Notes under the pieces: model-generated
What the model was told of the DNA's origin: nothing
The model's database searches: none
Seen by the model: only the letters and a program-made list of their open reading frames with translations
Part shown: piece by piece, positions 1-12,878 of the stretch
Position numbering within the stretch: the stretch's first letter is position 1
Layout: every line of letters begins with the position of its first letter
Origin: Mizuhopecten yessoensis
Lineage: Eukaryota
Assembly: GCF_002113885.1 (NCBI RefSeq)
Contig: NW_018408921.1
Location: forward strand, 1,934,615-1,998,614
Direction: 5' to 3'
Length of the DNA stretch: 64,000 bases
Translations under genes and position numbers: made by a program

Positions 1-819
1 GACCACCTCGTTAAAAATCTTCTGGCGAAATACCCTAAATACGCCATTATTTCTATGACATCAATCTCCCTGTTCTATAGATAGCTTACACGTGCCGGAA
101 TTGCACGTGCATTGCATAATAATAGCTGGGCATGTTTTGGCATAGTAGTGTGCGATAAGAATCGAACTGGCTGTGCGTTACTATCAAGCTACCTTGTTAC
201 ACTAAGGGTTTTGCAGCAGTGTGATGGCAGACTCCCTCCCCCATGTGTTTAGACTGGTAGGTTCAGTAAACACATCAGTACTACTGAAGGAGGTGTCGGC
301 GCACTGTACTTTGTACTACTTATTGGCAGGGTTAACGATCGTATAGGGTATAGCGTAGAATGTAATACACGTGTTTGTGTGTTTCACAATACTTTATCAA
401 TGTATCGATATGTGTAAATAAATCGATTTTTTTCCAGTTTTGACAAGTTGTTTAATTTCAACTTTGTAATATGCAGTTTCTGTGAGTGTATCGCAATATT
501 GTATCAATGTATCGATATGTGTAAATAAATCGATATCCAATTTCAACGAGTTGTTTCTGTTTGTACTATCCCTAATTCATTATGGTTATCACTCTGCAAT
601 ATATAGATTGAAAAAGTATTATTCTGAAGACGTCCCTAGCATTTGGTAGGATTTTTACGGTCTCGGTCTGGGTTCGAAACCTTCCACCCCCTACATTCGG
701 TTATAAACGGTTGAACTTCTATGAGGACCAAAATGTCATTTATCAGACTTTCAAACTCAAAAATTCCAGGTGTAAGTTGACTGAGGCAGTTTTTACTGTT
801 GGCCTTAATAAGTGTGTAC

Positions 820-1500
820 TGTAAGCCCTAACGATGAGACTATATCTGTACTAGATGACCACCACTGTTTTCTACTGGTCAGCTTAAACGGTGTGACTAT
901 GGCCAAACTAGATGACTACCACACAGGTTTTGCTGTTAGCTTTAACGATGCGTTTGACTTTACTAGCTGACCATGCACCACACAGTGTTTACTGGTCAGC
1001 TTTATAACGGTGTTACTATGGTGAAACTAGATGACCACCACACAGTGTTTTTGCTGGTGAGCTTTAACGTTGTGACTATGGTCAAACTAGATGACCACTA
1101 CACAGTTGTTGGTGTTAGCTTTAACGATCCGTTTGACTTTACTAGCTGACCATACACCACACAGTTTTTACTGGTGAGCTTTAACGTTGTGACTATGGTC
1201 AAACTAGATGACCACCACAAAGGTTTTGCTGTTAGTTTTAACGATGCGACTGTGGCCGAACTAGATAACCATCACAGAGTAGTTGTTGGTTAGTTTAAAC
1301 AGTGTGACCCTGGTCGTTCTAAGTAACCAGTATTTCATTTGTTATTTCGACCGACGTGACTCAGCTTGTACGGGTTGACCACACGTATTTGCTTGTTTGC
1401 GTCAAGGATGTGAGTCTGGTCGTACTGAGCACCACGCGGTATTTACTGCTAGGCTACAATGATGTGTCTGGTCTTTTGACTGACCACCTATTCTGGTTAG
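820..1500. repeat. Degenerate ~59-bp tandem repeat (CTAGATGACCACCAC...AGCTTTAACG.TGTGACTATGG), at least 8 units
   Basis: CTAG[AC]T[GA]AC anchors at 851, 908, 964, 1027, 1087, 1142, 1204 and 1261. Confidence 0.85.
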
Positions 1501-3369
1501 CTTTATAATTTACTGCTAGAGTTTTATAATACAGATGGCCAGTGTATTTCTTTTTTCTTCTTCTTATTTAACAGATGTAGTGAGTTATAATTCTGTTAAA
1601 AGACATGAGTGCAGTCATCGATTTAAAACTGTTGGACTATCGATCTACAAGCCAGCAGTTTCCGTGCCAGGTTGTAAGTACGCCGTGTACGGATAACGTC
1701 TGACTGTTACGACACTAGATACTTTATCGATCGAGTAGGTCACGTGGTTTCATTGACTCGAGCGCAACCCGCGTCAGCGAGCACTCGAACGGAACGACAC
1801 AGTTTTTGACCAATCGCATGCCGAAGAATGGTAACACGTTTTAATTATTAACCAATCAGGGCCTTAGCGACAGAGTTAGTCGGAACACGTTTTTCAATGG
1901 TTTGTCATATTTATAGACTTGCTAGTTTAAATCTCCGCTTCTAAAAACAGAGTGACTCGTTAGGCAGTATGTAAATACACAGGTAACATACACAGGTACG
2001 TGCTCAGGTTAAATCAACAAGCGGGACGACATACATTAACACTTAGACAGTCGATCACTGGGGCGAGACGCGTTCCAATAGACGTACGACAAAACACACT
2101 GTATTGTCTCCATAGCAGACGTGACATCAGGAATGTTGTCGCTGGAAAATCAAATACATTTGTACAAAACCCCGAGTTAATCGGTGCATTCGATACGATC
2201 TATGCTAAAATCATTAGAGGCCGGTTCGATACCGTCGTCGCTAATTAGGTCTAAAAAAATACCAACCGCATTTCGTTTTCTCGCATGAAATACGTTCTGC
2301 CCAAGACTGACTTTCTTTAAGTCCAAGTAAAATATTTATGAGTACGAGGAACCAACATATACAACAAATTCCGTTAAAGGTCTATTTTTGTTTTCGCTTA
2401 GAACAATTTTTCAATGTTTCAATAACTTAGTAGCAAGTTGATAATGCTAATATGGTAGTTTACGACACAGTAACCGTCGATAAAACAAAAGCCTTTCAAT
2501 GGGGAAGATTTTGGATTAGACAATAGTGTTGACAATAGTAGCTAGACATGTTTAGTAACAAAGGGCAAAGAGACTCATCAAAGGCCCAATATACCGAACC
2601 TTTTCAAATAGAGCTACCCAGCTTGATGGACAATTTTAAAAATCATATTCCATTAATTATTTTATGATAGGAGGTCTGACACTATTGTCATGTTCTGTAA
2701 CAAACATAAGGAAATTCCGAATCGGATATTTCGTAATTGTTTTAAGAAGAAGTCGTACAATGAATTGAATTTCACTTGGGTTAAATCTAACAACACTTTT
2801 CACACGTGGAAAAGTATGGCACGACAGGAGCCTATAGGTAACGAGCCATGTCCACTAATCCCCGCTCACCTGGCGTCTGAGGACAGACGACACCGCCATG
2901 ATTGATGACATACCGCTCCATTGCTATGTGTACTCTTGTACCGGGCCTACATATGACCTCCTAAACAAGACATGACATAGACTTACCAAGGGGATATGGT
3001 AGCCACAGGTTTGTAATAATGAACATGGACCTTTTCTATTGTACTTCGCGTTGGACCTGATATAGGAGATTGCCAACCAAAGCCTATAGTTACTATTTTA
3101 TAACACGCCCGCAGACAAAACTTGGACCTAATGTTAACCAAATTTTTTAGAAAACTACTGCACTCCACAAGCAAAGCAAAACCAAAGTTGGACCAGATGC
3201 GGAAAATTTCTAAGCAAAGTTTATAACAACAAACTCTCATTCAATACGTCCAAAGACAAGGCTTGGACCTGATGCGGTGGGTTGCAAAGTAAAGTTAATA
3301 AATACTCGTCTACGTCACGTTCACAGTAAACGCTGAGACCTGATGCGGAAGGTTGATTAACAAAGATTT

Positions 3370-5082
3370 CAAATATTATTGTACAACACGTCCACAGACA
3401 AAATTCTGATCTGATGCGGGAGATTGCTTACCAACGATTATAAATATTATTGTACAACACATCCATAGACAGAATTCAGATCTGATGGGGAGGTTGATTA
3501 CCAAAGTTTATAAATATTATTGTACAACACGTCCACAGACAGAATTCAGGTCTGATGGGGGAGGTTGATTACCAAAGTTTATAAATATTATTGTACAACA
3601 CGTCCACAGACAGAATTCAGATCTGATGGGGGAGTTGATTACCAAAGTATATAAATATTATTGTACAACACGTCCACAGACAGAATTCAGGTCTGATGGG
3701 GAGGTTGATTACCAAAGTTTATAAATATTATTGTACAACACGTCCACAGACAGAATTCAGATCTGATGGGGGAGGTTGATTACCAAAGTTTATAAATATT
3801 ATTGTACAACACGTCCACAGACAGAATTCAGATCTGATGGGGGAGGTTGATTACCAAAGTTTATAAATATTATTGTACAACACGTCCACAGACAGAATTC
3901 AGATCTGATGGGGGAGGTTGATTACCAAAGTTTATAAATATTATTGTACAACACGTCCACAGACAGAATTCAGATCTGATGGGGGAGGTTGATTACCAAA
4001 GTTTATAAATATTATTGTACAACACGTCCACAGACAGAATTCAGATCTGATGGGGGAGGTTGATTACCAAAGTTTATAAATATTATTGTACAACACGTCC
4101 ACAGACAGAATTCAGATCTGATGGGGGAGGTTGATTACCAAAGTTTATAAATATTATTGTACAACACGTCCACAGACAGAATTCAGATCTGATGGGGGAG
4201 GTTGATTACCAAAGTTTATAAATATTATTGTACAACACGTCCACAGACAGAATTCAGATCTGATGGGGGAGGTTGATTACCAAAGTTTATAAATATTATT
4301 GTACAACACGTCCACAGACAGAATTCAGATCTGATGGGGGAGGTTGATTACCAAAGTTTATAAATATTATTGTACAACACGTCCACAGACAGAATTCAGA
4401 TCTGATGGGGGAGGTTGATTACCAAAGTTTATAAATATTATTGTACAACACGTCCACAGACAGAATTCAGATCTGATGGGGGAGGTTGATTACCAAAGTT
4501 TATAAATATTATTGTACAACACGTCCACAGACAGAATTCAGATCTGATGGGGGAGGTTGATTACCAAAGTTTATAAATATTATTGTACAACACGTCCACA
4601 GACAGAATTCAGATCTGATGGGGGAGGTTGATTACCAAAGTTTATAAATATTATTGTACAACACGTCCACAGACAGAATTCAGATCTGATGGGGGAGGTT
4701 GATTACCAAAGTTTATAAATATTATTGTACAACACGTCCACAGACAGAATTCAGATCTGATGGGGGAGGTTGATTACCAAAGTTTATAAATATTATTGTA
4801 CAACACGTCCACAGACAGAATTCAGATCTGATGGGGGAGGTTGATTACCAAAGTTTATAAATATTATTGTACAACACGTCCACAGACAGAATTCAGGTCT
4901 GATGGGGGAGGTTGATTACCAAAGTTTATAAATATTATTGTACAACACGTCCACAGACAGAATTCAGATCTGATGGGGGAGGTTGATTACCAAAGTTTAT
5001 AAATATTATTGTACAACACGTCCACAGACAGAATTCAGATCTGATGGGGAGGTTGATTACCAAAGTTTATAAATATTATTGT
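3370..5082. repeat. 71-bp minisatellite, ~24 near-identical copies (diverged copies extend left to ~3050)
   Basis: Unit AAATATTATTGTACAACACGTCCACAGACAGAATTCAGATCTGATGGGGGAGGTTGATTACCAAAGTTTAT; period 71 (3731, 3802, 3873...). Confidence 0.98.
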
Positions 5083-6668
5083 TATATACTTTTACAGATT
5101 AGTTATATTCTATAATTACGAAATGGGGCCTGTATCACGTATCATGCTTAATAAGTGACTCTTTGCTTAAGCTGAATTTCCTGTTAACTTTTTGAATTAA
5201 TTGAAAATATCTGATTTTGTCAATGATTTTGAAAACATTGAAGAGACGTAAAGCCGGAAAACTGTTTTCAATGTTTACGTTTGACGTTTTGATTTTTTGG
5301 CAGGTTCGAGCACAGAATCAATACTTGAGCATGAGAACGATTTCATGAATAGTGGCCAAAAAGTATATGATATTCTTTCGCCAAGCATCCACTGGTATAA
5401 ACATTGAGGACATAAGATGTAGGAATATTTTCAAGTTAGCGAGAAGTCTTGAAATACTTATATTCCATGCGAGCATAGACGAAATTGTTAACCACAAGTT
5501 GATAATAATCTTGCAACAACACCTGACATGGAGTACTGAAGGTTTGTTTTAGTATAATACCAGATGTCCACAAATGTAATCATGGACCTTACACAATGAT
5601 TATTAATAGAAATTTACCGGGCGGGAATCACTTTTGAAATTAGCTTTTGATACACATATCTTTTTTGAAAAGAACATATGTGTTATCAAGAGTGGAATCC
5701 TTGGATTGTGAAAATGCCTTGGACTTAACATATACCTAACATGGGTGATATGTAACAAGACATATATATTAACTCCGTATATGACATCAAATATAATTAA
5801 GCGACACGTATACATGTTAACAGTATCAAAAACATGAAGCAAAATGTAGTGTGAAAACACCGTAAATCGAACTTAAACTTAAACTAAGTCAGAAGTTAAT
5901 AAAGGAAAGCTTCTGAAAAAGTGCCAGGAGAATAGGACCATGTGTTCCGGAAGGGCAAGCGTCTCCTGCTTCATCGATGACACCCGCTATGTAAATATAG
6001 GTCAAATCCAACTAATATCACGTCCTCAGCAGTCAAAATCTACCACGAAAGTAATGATATTCGGAGCCATCTCTGGAACACCTTAGGTTGGAGAGGCAAG
6101 AACGCTACTATTAAAAGGTAAAGTTCAATATCCTTTTTGTGACCGCTAGACTAATATCTGTCCTTTGAAGATAACAGAAGAGCCAGACCCGGCTTTAAAG
6201 TCAGTCAATCTTTTGATGTACATCAAAAGAACAAGGAGCCGCACACTGAGACTTCGCATTTGTCGTAGCATATCCCAGGGGTGCAGAGATAGAAAGATAG
6301 CGTAACCCCTGGAGTATCGCGGATGCCGTCCCAGGATGTACTCATATTATAAGGCCCATGTTATTTGTGACTGTGGACGTATGTTACAACAGTACAAAAG
6401 GGACAAATAAAGTAGTATATAGTCTCTGAGTACAACAAACAACTGGTAAATTCCCATGTAGTGTCTTATTATCTGTGTTTCTTGTTAGCAACTTCCTGAA
6501 AGAAACCTCCATGGAAAGTCCATGTTTTAGTTGATATGAACGCTTTGAACAAGTCGGTATTGCAAACTCTGGTAAACACCCCTGTGTAAGGTCTGTGCTA
6601 TATGGGTATGTGTCATGGTCGCCATCGTGACCTCATAGGAATATTCTATTTTCCTTTTGCAATTCGAT

Positions 6669-6837
6669 TAAGGATTGAATCCTGTTTTGTTGGGGTTTAT
6701 GGGGTATAAACATCAATGGGACTTGAGACAAATTCAATATGAACTGTTTCTTCGCAGTTCATATTGAATTTGTCTCAAGACTCATTGCATGAGGTTTATA
6801 CCCCGTAAACCTCAACAAAACAGGATTCAATCCTCAT
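6669..6837. mobile_element. Palindromic MITE (near-perfect fold-back)
   Basis: AGGATTGAATCCTGTTTTGTTG...CAACAAAACAGGATTCAATCCT, with inner stem CTTGAGACAAATTCAATATGAACTG / CAGTTCATATTGAATTTGTCTCAAG. Confidence 0.8.
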
Positions 6838-7459
6838 ATTTACATTCAGTGTCATATTGATATCTTTTGATAACTTTTAAAATATCGGTCTTGTGCAAGT
6901 CAAACACCACAGAAGGTACCGCAGCTTGTGATGTCATCACTCACTGTTAGACATCGTCCTGGTTATATGAATAGATTGTTTTCATTGATTACAAAGAAAA
7001 AACAAATTAAGATGTAAATTAGTTTTCTTTATTTCAATTAAAAACTTCTTACAAAAAAATAACAATCTATTAATGAAACCACTTCCAGCGCTTCGCGTAA
7101 TAACAGAGTAATCAGGTTGATAATATGCAGATGTATTCATACGCCAACTGAAAAGTTCATTGAAAAATAACCTTTAAAATGTTTAGTAGGTATATTGAGT
7201 CCAAATTCAGTAGAAATGTAAATAAATGTTGACGTTTTGATCATTCTCATGAGTGTGCTTTATCATTTCGCTGTCACTACCCTGTTTTTCCGTTTGAGAA
7301 AGTGAAATTACTTGGACTTATATTTACATGGCGATTGTTTTCAATGAACCAGAAGACGCATACCCTTGTGGAATACCTGGTCTTATTCTTTTTGTACTTT
7401 TTTTTCGTTGGTTTCGATATTGTTCATGTTTTGCCCTAGTCGGGGCAGTGTGTCCTCGT

Positions 7460-8050
7460 TGACCGGGTGGCTCAGTCGGTTAGAGCGATAGTATAACAAC
7501 CTGACGTTCAGGGTTCAAATCCGGGTCAAGCCCGCTTAACGTTTTACACCCAGAACACTACTGTTGACTATATTTTTTTTATTTCATCTTTATTGTTTTG
7601 CATAAAAGTCCCAGAAGGTATGGCTTTCTTTTCAGAAATGATTCATCAAAGGTATTGTCATGTCAGAAAAATAAAACGGTTTCCTATATGCGTAATTAAC
7701 CTTTTTTGCAGTGGTAAGAGGATCCTTAATCTCGCGTTTCATATTGGGACCAAGCGCAGAGCTTATATGAATAGAAAAGTCCCTGCTTTAATAAATAGAC
7801 TTCACTGATAAATTAATTGTAAGTACTTCAAAGGGGATCCCCGTACCACTACCACAAACTGGAAATAAGGATTGGAAACTGTTTTCCCCGCATGATTATA
7901 GCTTTGCAATTATTTCTGAAAGGAAAAAAACATACCTTTATGAGAAATAATAAAAATGCAGTAAACAAAATATAAAAGAATGCGGTGCTAGACCCAGATT
8001 CGAACCTTTGATTCCATGCTGGAAAACTATCGCTCTAACCGATTGGGCTA
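7460..8050. mobile_element. Two oppositely oriented partial copies (~7460-7730 and ~7830-8050) of the TTAA-flanked element seen at 38993-39341, each with a tRNA-like segment
   Basis: A box GGTGGCTCAGTCGGTTAGAGC and B box GGGTTCAAATCC at 7465-7522; reverse copy at 7980-8050; shared CCCCGTACCACTACCA end. Confidence 0.65.
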
Positions 8051-9651
8051 CAGAAGTTTCCTTGCTCAATTCTTTGTTTGATTTCCGGATTTTCTTTCGT
8101 TCATAATTATTATATACTGTCAGCCCTTTGCTCATATATCTATTTAAGAGCTGAGATTGAAATTTTGTCAAGAGCATCTTTCCTTAAAATGATTTCAAGT
8201 GTCCAGAAAAGGGAGAAGGTGTTCTTTTCTACGGATAAATTCAAATGAGTTCATGTGTTTATTTTGATGAATCAATTTGTTCGCACCTTACCTATTAAAA
8301 GATGTCCAAAATCGTTTAAAGGAATCAGACAATGAGTGTCAATTCTTCATCACGTTAAAAGGTTTTGGCATACATATAAAAAATACATATTATGGGCAAC
8401 ACACATATTTGACACAGTTTATTAAAGTCTTCTTTTAAATGGTACTTTAATTTGTCTGGCTAGAAGCAAGAGGCTAGGGATGTGGACAAGTACCTATGAT
8501 TCTGGGAATATTGTGTGGTTGTCCGATACTGCGATGGCATTAATACCCAGAATTTGGCGGTGATATTTATGCCCGGGATTAAATGACGACAGTGATTTTA
8601 TAGTTATATGTAAAATGTTTGGGATTGTGGGATTATTATTATTCCCGGAGGTTTGTGATAATTTTGAAATCCGGAAATATCGAGATGATATTTATACACA
8701 GGATGGCGTAAAAACACAACAAGAAAATACCGAAATACAACAAAATCATGATTCTAACACAAAATCGACAAAACTAGGGCAAATATGAACAAAATTAAGA
8801 TTCACATGATGACATTTGATACAGGGAGATTTAGACCATGTGTTCCGGAAGGGTTAGCGTCTTCTGCTTCATCGATGACACCCGCCATGTAAATCTATGG
8901 CGAAACCAAGTAATGTCACGTCCTCACAACGAGAACTGGGGTAGTGATAACAAAACTACAAGGTTAATATATAAATTCCCGGAATTGTACGGTAACATTT
9001 CGCCATGAATTGGGTTACTACATTGTGTGTTTATGCCATGGAGGGGTGACCATATTTATGCCCGGGGTCAGTGATGCCTGTGAGTATATGGTTATATTAA
9101 AATTGTGTTTATGCACGTACCTGGGTTTGTCATAATTTTGAAATTTCGAGAATTGTGATAATATTTATGCCTGGGATTTTATATATGTTTATGCCCGGTC
9201 ACGAGTGTGTGTGTGTGGCTGCCTGGGATTGTGTGAATGTAAAAATTATGTACGGGAAAGTGTGATTCTGTTTCAACCCCGATATTATGGATTACTATTT
9301 ATCAGGTACCGACAGTATGTTGATTATATCTATTCTACTACTTAAAATTTAACGAAAATATGTGTTTCTTATAAACATATATTATGCAACATGACCTAGA
9401 TAATCCATTTCTATTAAGTTGTACCTTTGCACGTGCAGACATCTGTCACGTGATGCCTTTGACCTAATTTTAGTATAAGCTGTGCGTTTTTGTAGTTTCT
9501 AATCCTGTGGGAATTTGTCCTGTTTTGTTTTTTTCAATCTTGAAAAACTTTGAAACGGTTATCCTAGCTTTGTTGACTTATCGTAAATATATGAGAAATA
9601 AGGTCAAAAGAAACGTGTTCGTGCCCACTGCATGAGCGTGACCCTACAGTA

Positions 9652-9828
9652 AGGCATTATTTATCTGATATGTAAATATGTGCAAATATGAAATAGTCTA
9701 CCCTACCCGACAACATAGTAGGGTAGAGAAGTCTATTTCAAATTTTCACATTTTCACACATTTTCACATTTTCACATATTTTCACATTTTCATATTTTCA
9801 CATTTTGACAAATCAGATGAAGATACCT
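9652..9828. repeat. MITE-like inverted repeat with an internal (TTTTCACA)n microsatellite
   Basis: GAAATAG..CTACCCTAC / GTAGGGTAG..CTATTTC stem and outer ATCTGAT / ATCAGAT. Confidence 0.5.
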
Positions 9829-11279
9829 GTGGTGTCCCTTTACCCTGATTAAGTTGAGAGGAGTTCTTATATGGCTTGTAAAAATCCACCACAAGGCAAA
9901 TCATCCAATTTCAATTCGATGACTACTGTTTGGCGTTGATGAGTTGTTGGATGAAGAAATGCATTTTCTCCTGTACTCAAAATTTCATTACCACCTCTCG
10001 AAGATTTGAATTCAAGTTTTTCTTCTACTTCAATATATACCTGTTTTTTTCAGTGACATTCTCCATGTACTTAGCTGTTTACCATTATTCATCACAGGTT
10101 TTATCTGAGCACTCTCTTTCCCTTCTCTTTCCTATCCTACCCTCCCCTATTTTCCGTTTTTTAATCATTTACACAATGCATTGCTGCATATTTCTTTCTC
10201 GGATATTATAAGTCATAATTCATGTGGTCCTCAAATCTCATAAGTATTTCTTTAACTGGAGATGGATCTATAATAAGATGTAAAACTTTTTTCCAAATCT
10301 AATTTTAACAATTGTGTATTGCTTCATATTAAGCTGTAAAAGAAAAAGAAAAAGAACTATATAAAGTTTATATTAACAGATAGGCACAATTCGCCTTCAA
10401 TTTTGGGTATTTATTTATTCCCTTTATTTCCTCCAAAATGAAGATTACATAAACAGAATAGTTACATATAAGAATGAATTAACATATATATACATACATG
10501 GACATTGAAAGAGTACAAAGGTATCGTTATTTTAATGTGTACATAAATAACTATATACTCCTTTATTTCCTCCAGAATGAAGATTATAATGATAGAGCAT
10601 CACAATACAATCATCAATTAAACATCAATTATCAAAATTATTATACAAATATATTACAATAAATTTATGTTGTTAACATATTAGGGCATATAATTTAAGC
10701 TAGCAGTATCAGGCCCTTTTGATCATTTGACAATAATCAGCATAGATATAGTAAATGTGTCATTTGTAATATGATTTTATCACTCGTCAATTCATAAAAT
10801 TGACACATGGCAGACAATAACCTATTTCAAGTTACCTTCGTAGGAAGTTCGCTGGAAAATTCTGATCGTCAACTTGACAGATTTTTAATAGATCTAGAGA
10901 TTAAATAGAAACCTTTTTGTTTGCTCGTTAGAAAATCTTCAAATATAAACTAAAAAGGGCGCTACCCTCACTCGACAAAACAAACCAGTTCCATGACTCG
11001 AATTTTTGCCTTTAATAAAAAAAAAAGGGGGGGGGGGGGGAGGGGATTTAGGAATAGCACTACACGTGGATGGCTATTATTTGACAGTTGTTACATCGTA
11101 GACGTGGTAGAAATAAACCTAAAAGTTACGACAGAGAGTATTTCTAAAAACGGTATTAAAGACAATGGTTTATAATATAGAGTATACGGCTTTTATCATT
11201 TTTTCATGTTTCTTTATTTTTTTACAAAGAAAATGCAAAAATCTAATGCACGTAACGTTTCTATTTAGAGACATATTTT

Positions 11280-11470
11280 CGTTTGTTACAGATCAGCCTT
11301 AGTTACCTAGACAAGGGAGAGAATCGCTGCGGTCCGCGTTGTCCGAGTACTTTTATGAAATAGGCTATAGTCGGCTCTTTATCAATAAGTACGGTAGACG
11401 ACATGACGTCACTTTAGGCTAGACGACTGAATGTTCATTTGCCTGCCGCCAGACACATCGACCAACATGC
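11280..11470 (+). promoter_or_regulatory. Putative SKI proximal promoter: CRE TGACGTCA (11404-11411) and four AGAC Smad boxes (11309, 11396, 11421, 11451)
   Basis: Motifs read directly in a locally CpG-rich stretch about 0.5-0.7 kb upstream of the ATG. TSS unknown. Confidence 0.5.
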
Positions 11471-11972
11471 CCTCCTATTTTTTTCGCCCAAGTGTCCACC
11501 TATCTTGTCATGTAATCACTGTAAAGCCCTTGTCCATTGAAATAAGTATTTTATAAAGTTAAAAAAGCATTCAGCTTCTCAAAATAAAATGTTAATGACT
11601 CCCAATTTAAAATTTATTAAAGGAGACTTGTGCGGGGGAGGTAAAAAGAACGGCGACATTAATCAAAACATACGGCCATACCGTATTTTCCTAATTTCGT
11701 CCATTTACATCACAAAACGGCTGTATATCATTCGTCAAACTTCTTTAACATGATATAGAGTTTGATTTAGGATAGAAGAAAACCAGACGCGACAACGTGA
11801 AAGCCTGAGACTTAAATTAGGTCATAATACACCGTGTGTGCGCAGTGGTTGGAACAGCCAACTATTCGGCCGAGAGACATTGGTGCGCATAGACTACATG
11901 TGTGACAACAAGGAACGAAGAGAGAGAAACCTAGTGGGATTTTAATGCTGTGTGAACAGAAAATAAGCTTTG

Positions 11973-12878
11973 ATGGAACACCTCGCTCATCAGGGTCTTA
12001 ATCCCCATGTACAGCGGGTTCTAAAAAACTTTCAAACGACTGCAATGAGGAGTTTACAGGGACCAGGACCGGGCGGGTTTCCTAGCCTGCTCTCGCCCTC
12101 CGACATGGCTGAGCTTGAGGAATACCGTAAAGCCCTCGTAAAGAAACTTCCATCGGACAAGGGTGTGGATTTTGAATCTCTGAGGGTACCCCCTCCCCCT
12201 TTCCCTATCCAGCAGATGCCGGTTTTCACTCCTGTGGACACGCCGAGTAAAAGTGAAAAAATTGAAACGTTACTCGAGGATGAGAGAATTGCCTGTTTTT
12301 TAGTAGGAGGTGAAAAGAGGTTGTGTTTACCACAAATTCTAAATACTGTATTACGTGAGTTCAGCTTACAACAAATCAACGCTGTTTGTGACGAATTACA
12401 TATTTTTTGTTCGAGATGCAATGCCGAGCAGCTTCACATTCTGAAGGTGACGGGGATTTTGCCCCTAAACGCACCGAGCTGTGGACTTATAACTAAGACC
12501 GATGCTGAACGTCTTTGTAATGCTTTGCTACATAGAACGCCGGAAAAATTCAACGAGCCCCCTTCGCCCGATAGCTTCAAAGTCTATCACGAGTGTTTTG
12601 GAAAGTGCAAAGGCATTTTTAACCCGGAATTGTATACTAATGGCGACTCTAAATGTATCCAATGTGTGGATTGTTTGGGATCGTTTAGTACCCAGAAGTT
12701 TGTGTGTCATTCTCACAAAGCCCTAGAAAATAGAACTTGTCATTGGGGGTTTGACTCGGCTAACTGGAGGTCCTACCTCCTCCTCGCAAAAGATCAAGAC
12801 GGGAAGGATAAGTTACAAGATATTCTCGAACGAATGAAAATCAAGTTTGATTCGGGAAACAAGTACAAGCGAAAGCAG
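11973..12878 (+). CDS. SKI: SKI coding exon 1 (302 aa): R-Smad-binding region, DHD/Ski_Sno domain, SAND-like Smad4-binding domain
   Basis: ATG at 11973 (the ORF track starts at the TTG at 11970), with an in-frame TAA upstream at 11964. Motifs: [90 protein letters not shown]. Donor CAG|GTTGGT at 12879. Confidence 0.97.

Noticed and set aside
624-680. Hammerhead ribozyme-like CTGAAGA...CGAAAC
   Set aside because: The stem II closing pair is C-C and no convincing stems I/III or cleavage triplet were found.
3370-5082. CRISPR-like regular array
   Set aside because: The units are head-to-tail identical with no unique spacers and there are no cas genes; this is a eukaryotic minisatellite. The same applies to the 33-, 47- and 52-bp arrays.
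7460-7535. Functional tRNA gene (also at 22200-22265, 32758 and 39160)
   Set aside because: A/B boxes are present but the acceptor and anticodon stems do not pair properly, and the segments are embedded in dispersed repeats.
2000-10211. Short ORFs upstream of SKI and in the introns/UTR (60-120 aa)
   Set aside because: Mostly non-ATG starts, AT-biased composition and no recognisable domains; expected by chance or derived from MITE/SINE sequence.
12032-12726. Overlapping antisense and alternate-frame ORFs in SKI exon 1 (also 26841..27059, 33396..33581, 34051..34293, 34791..35087)
   Set aside because: These are shadows of real coding exons with no independent protein features.
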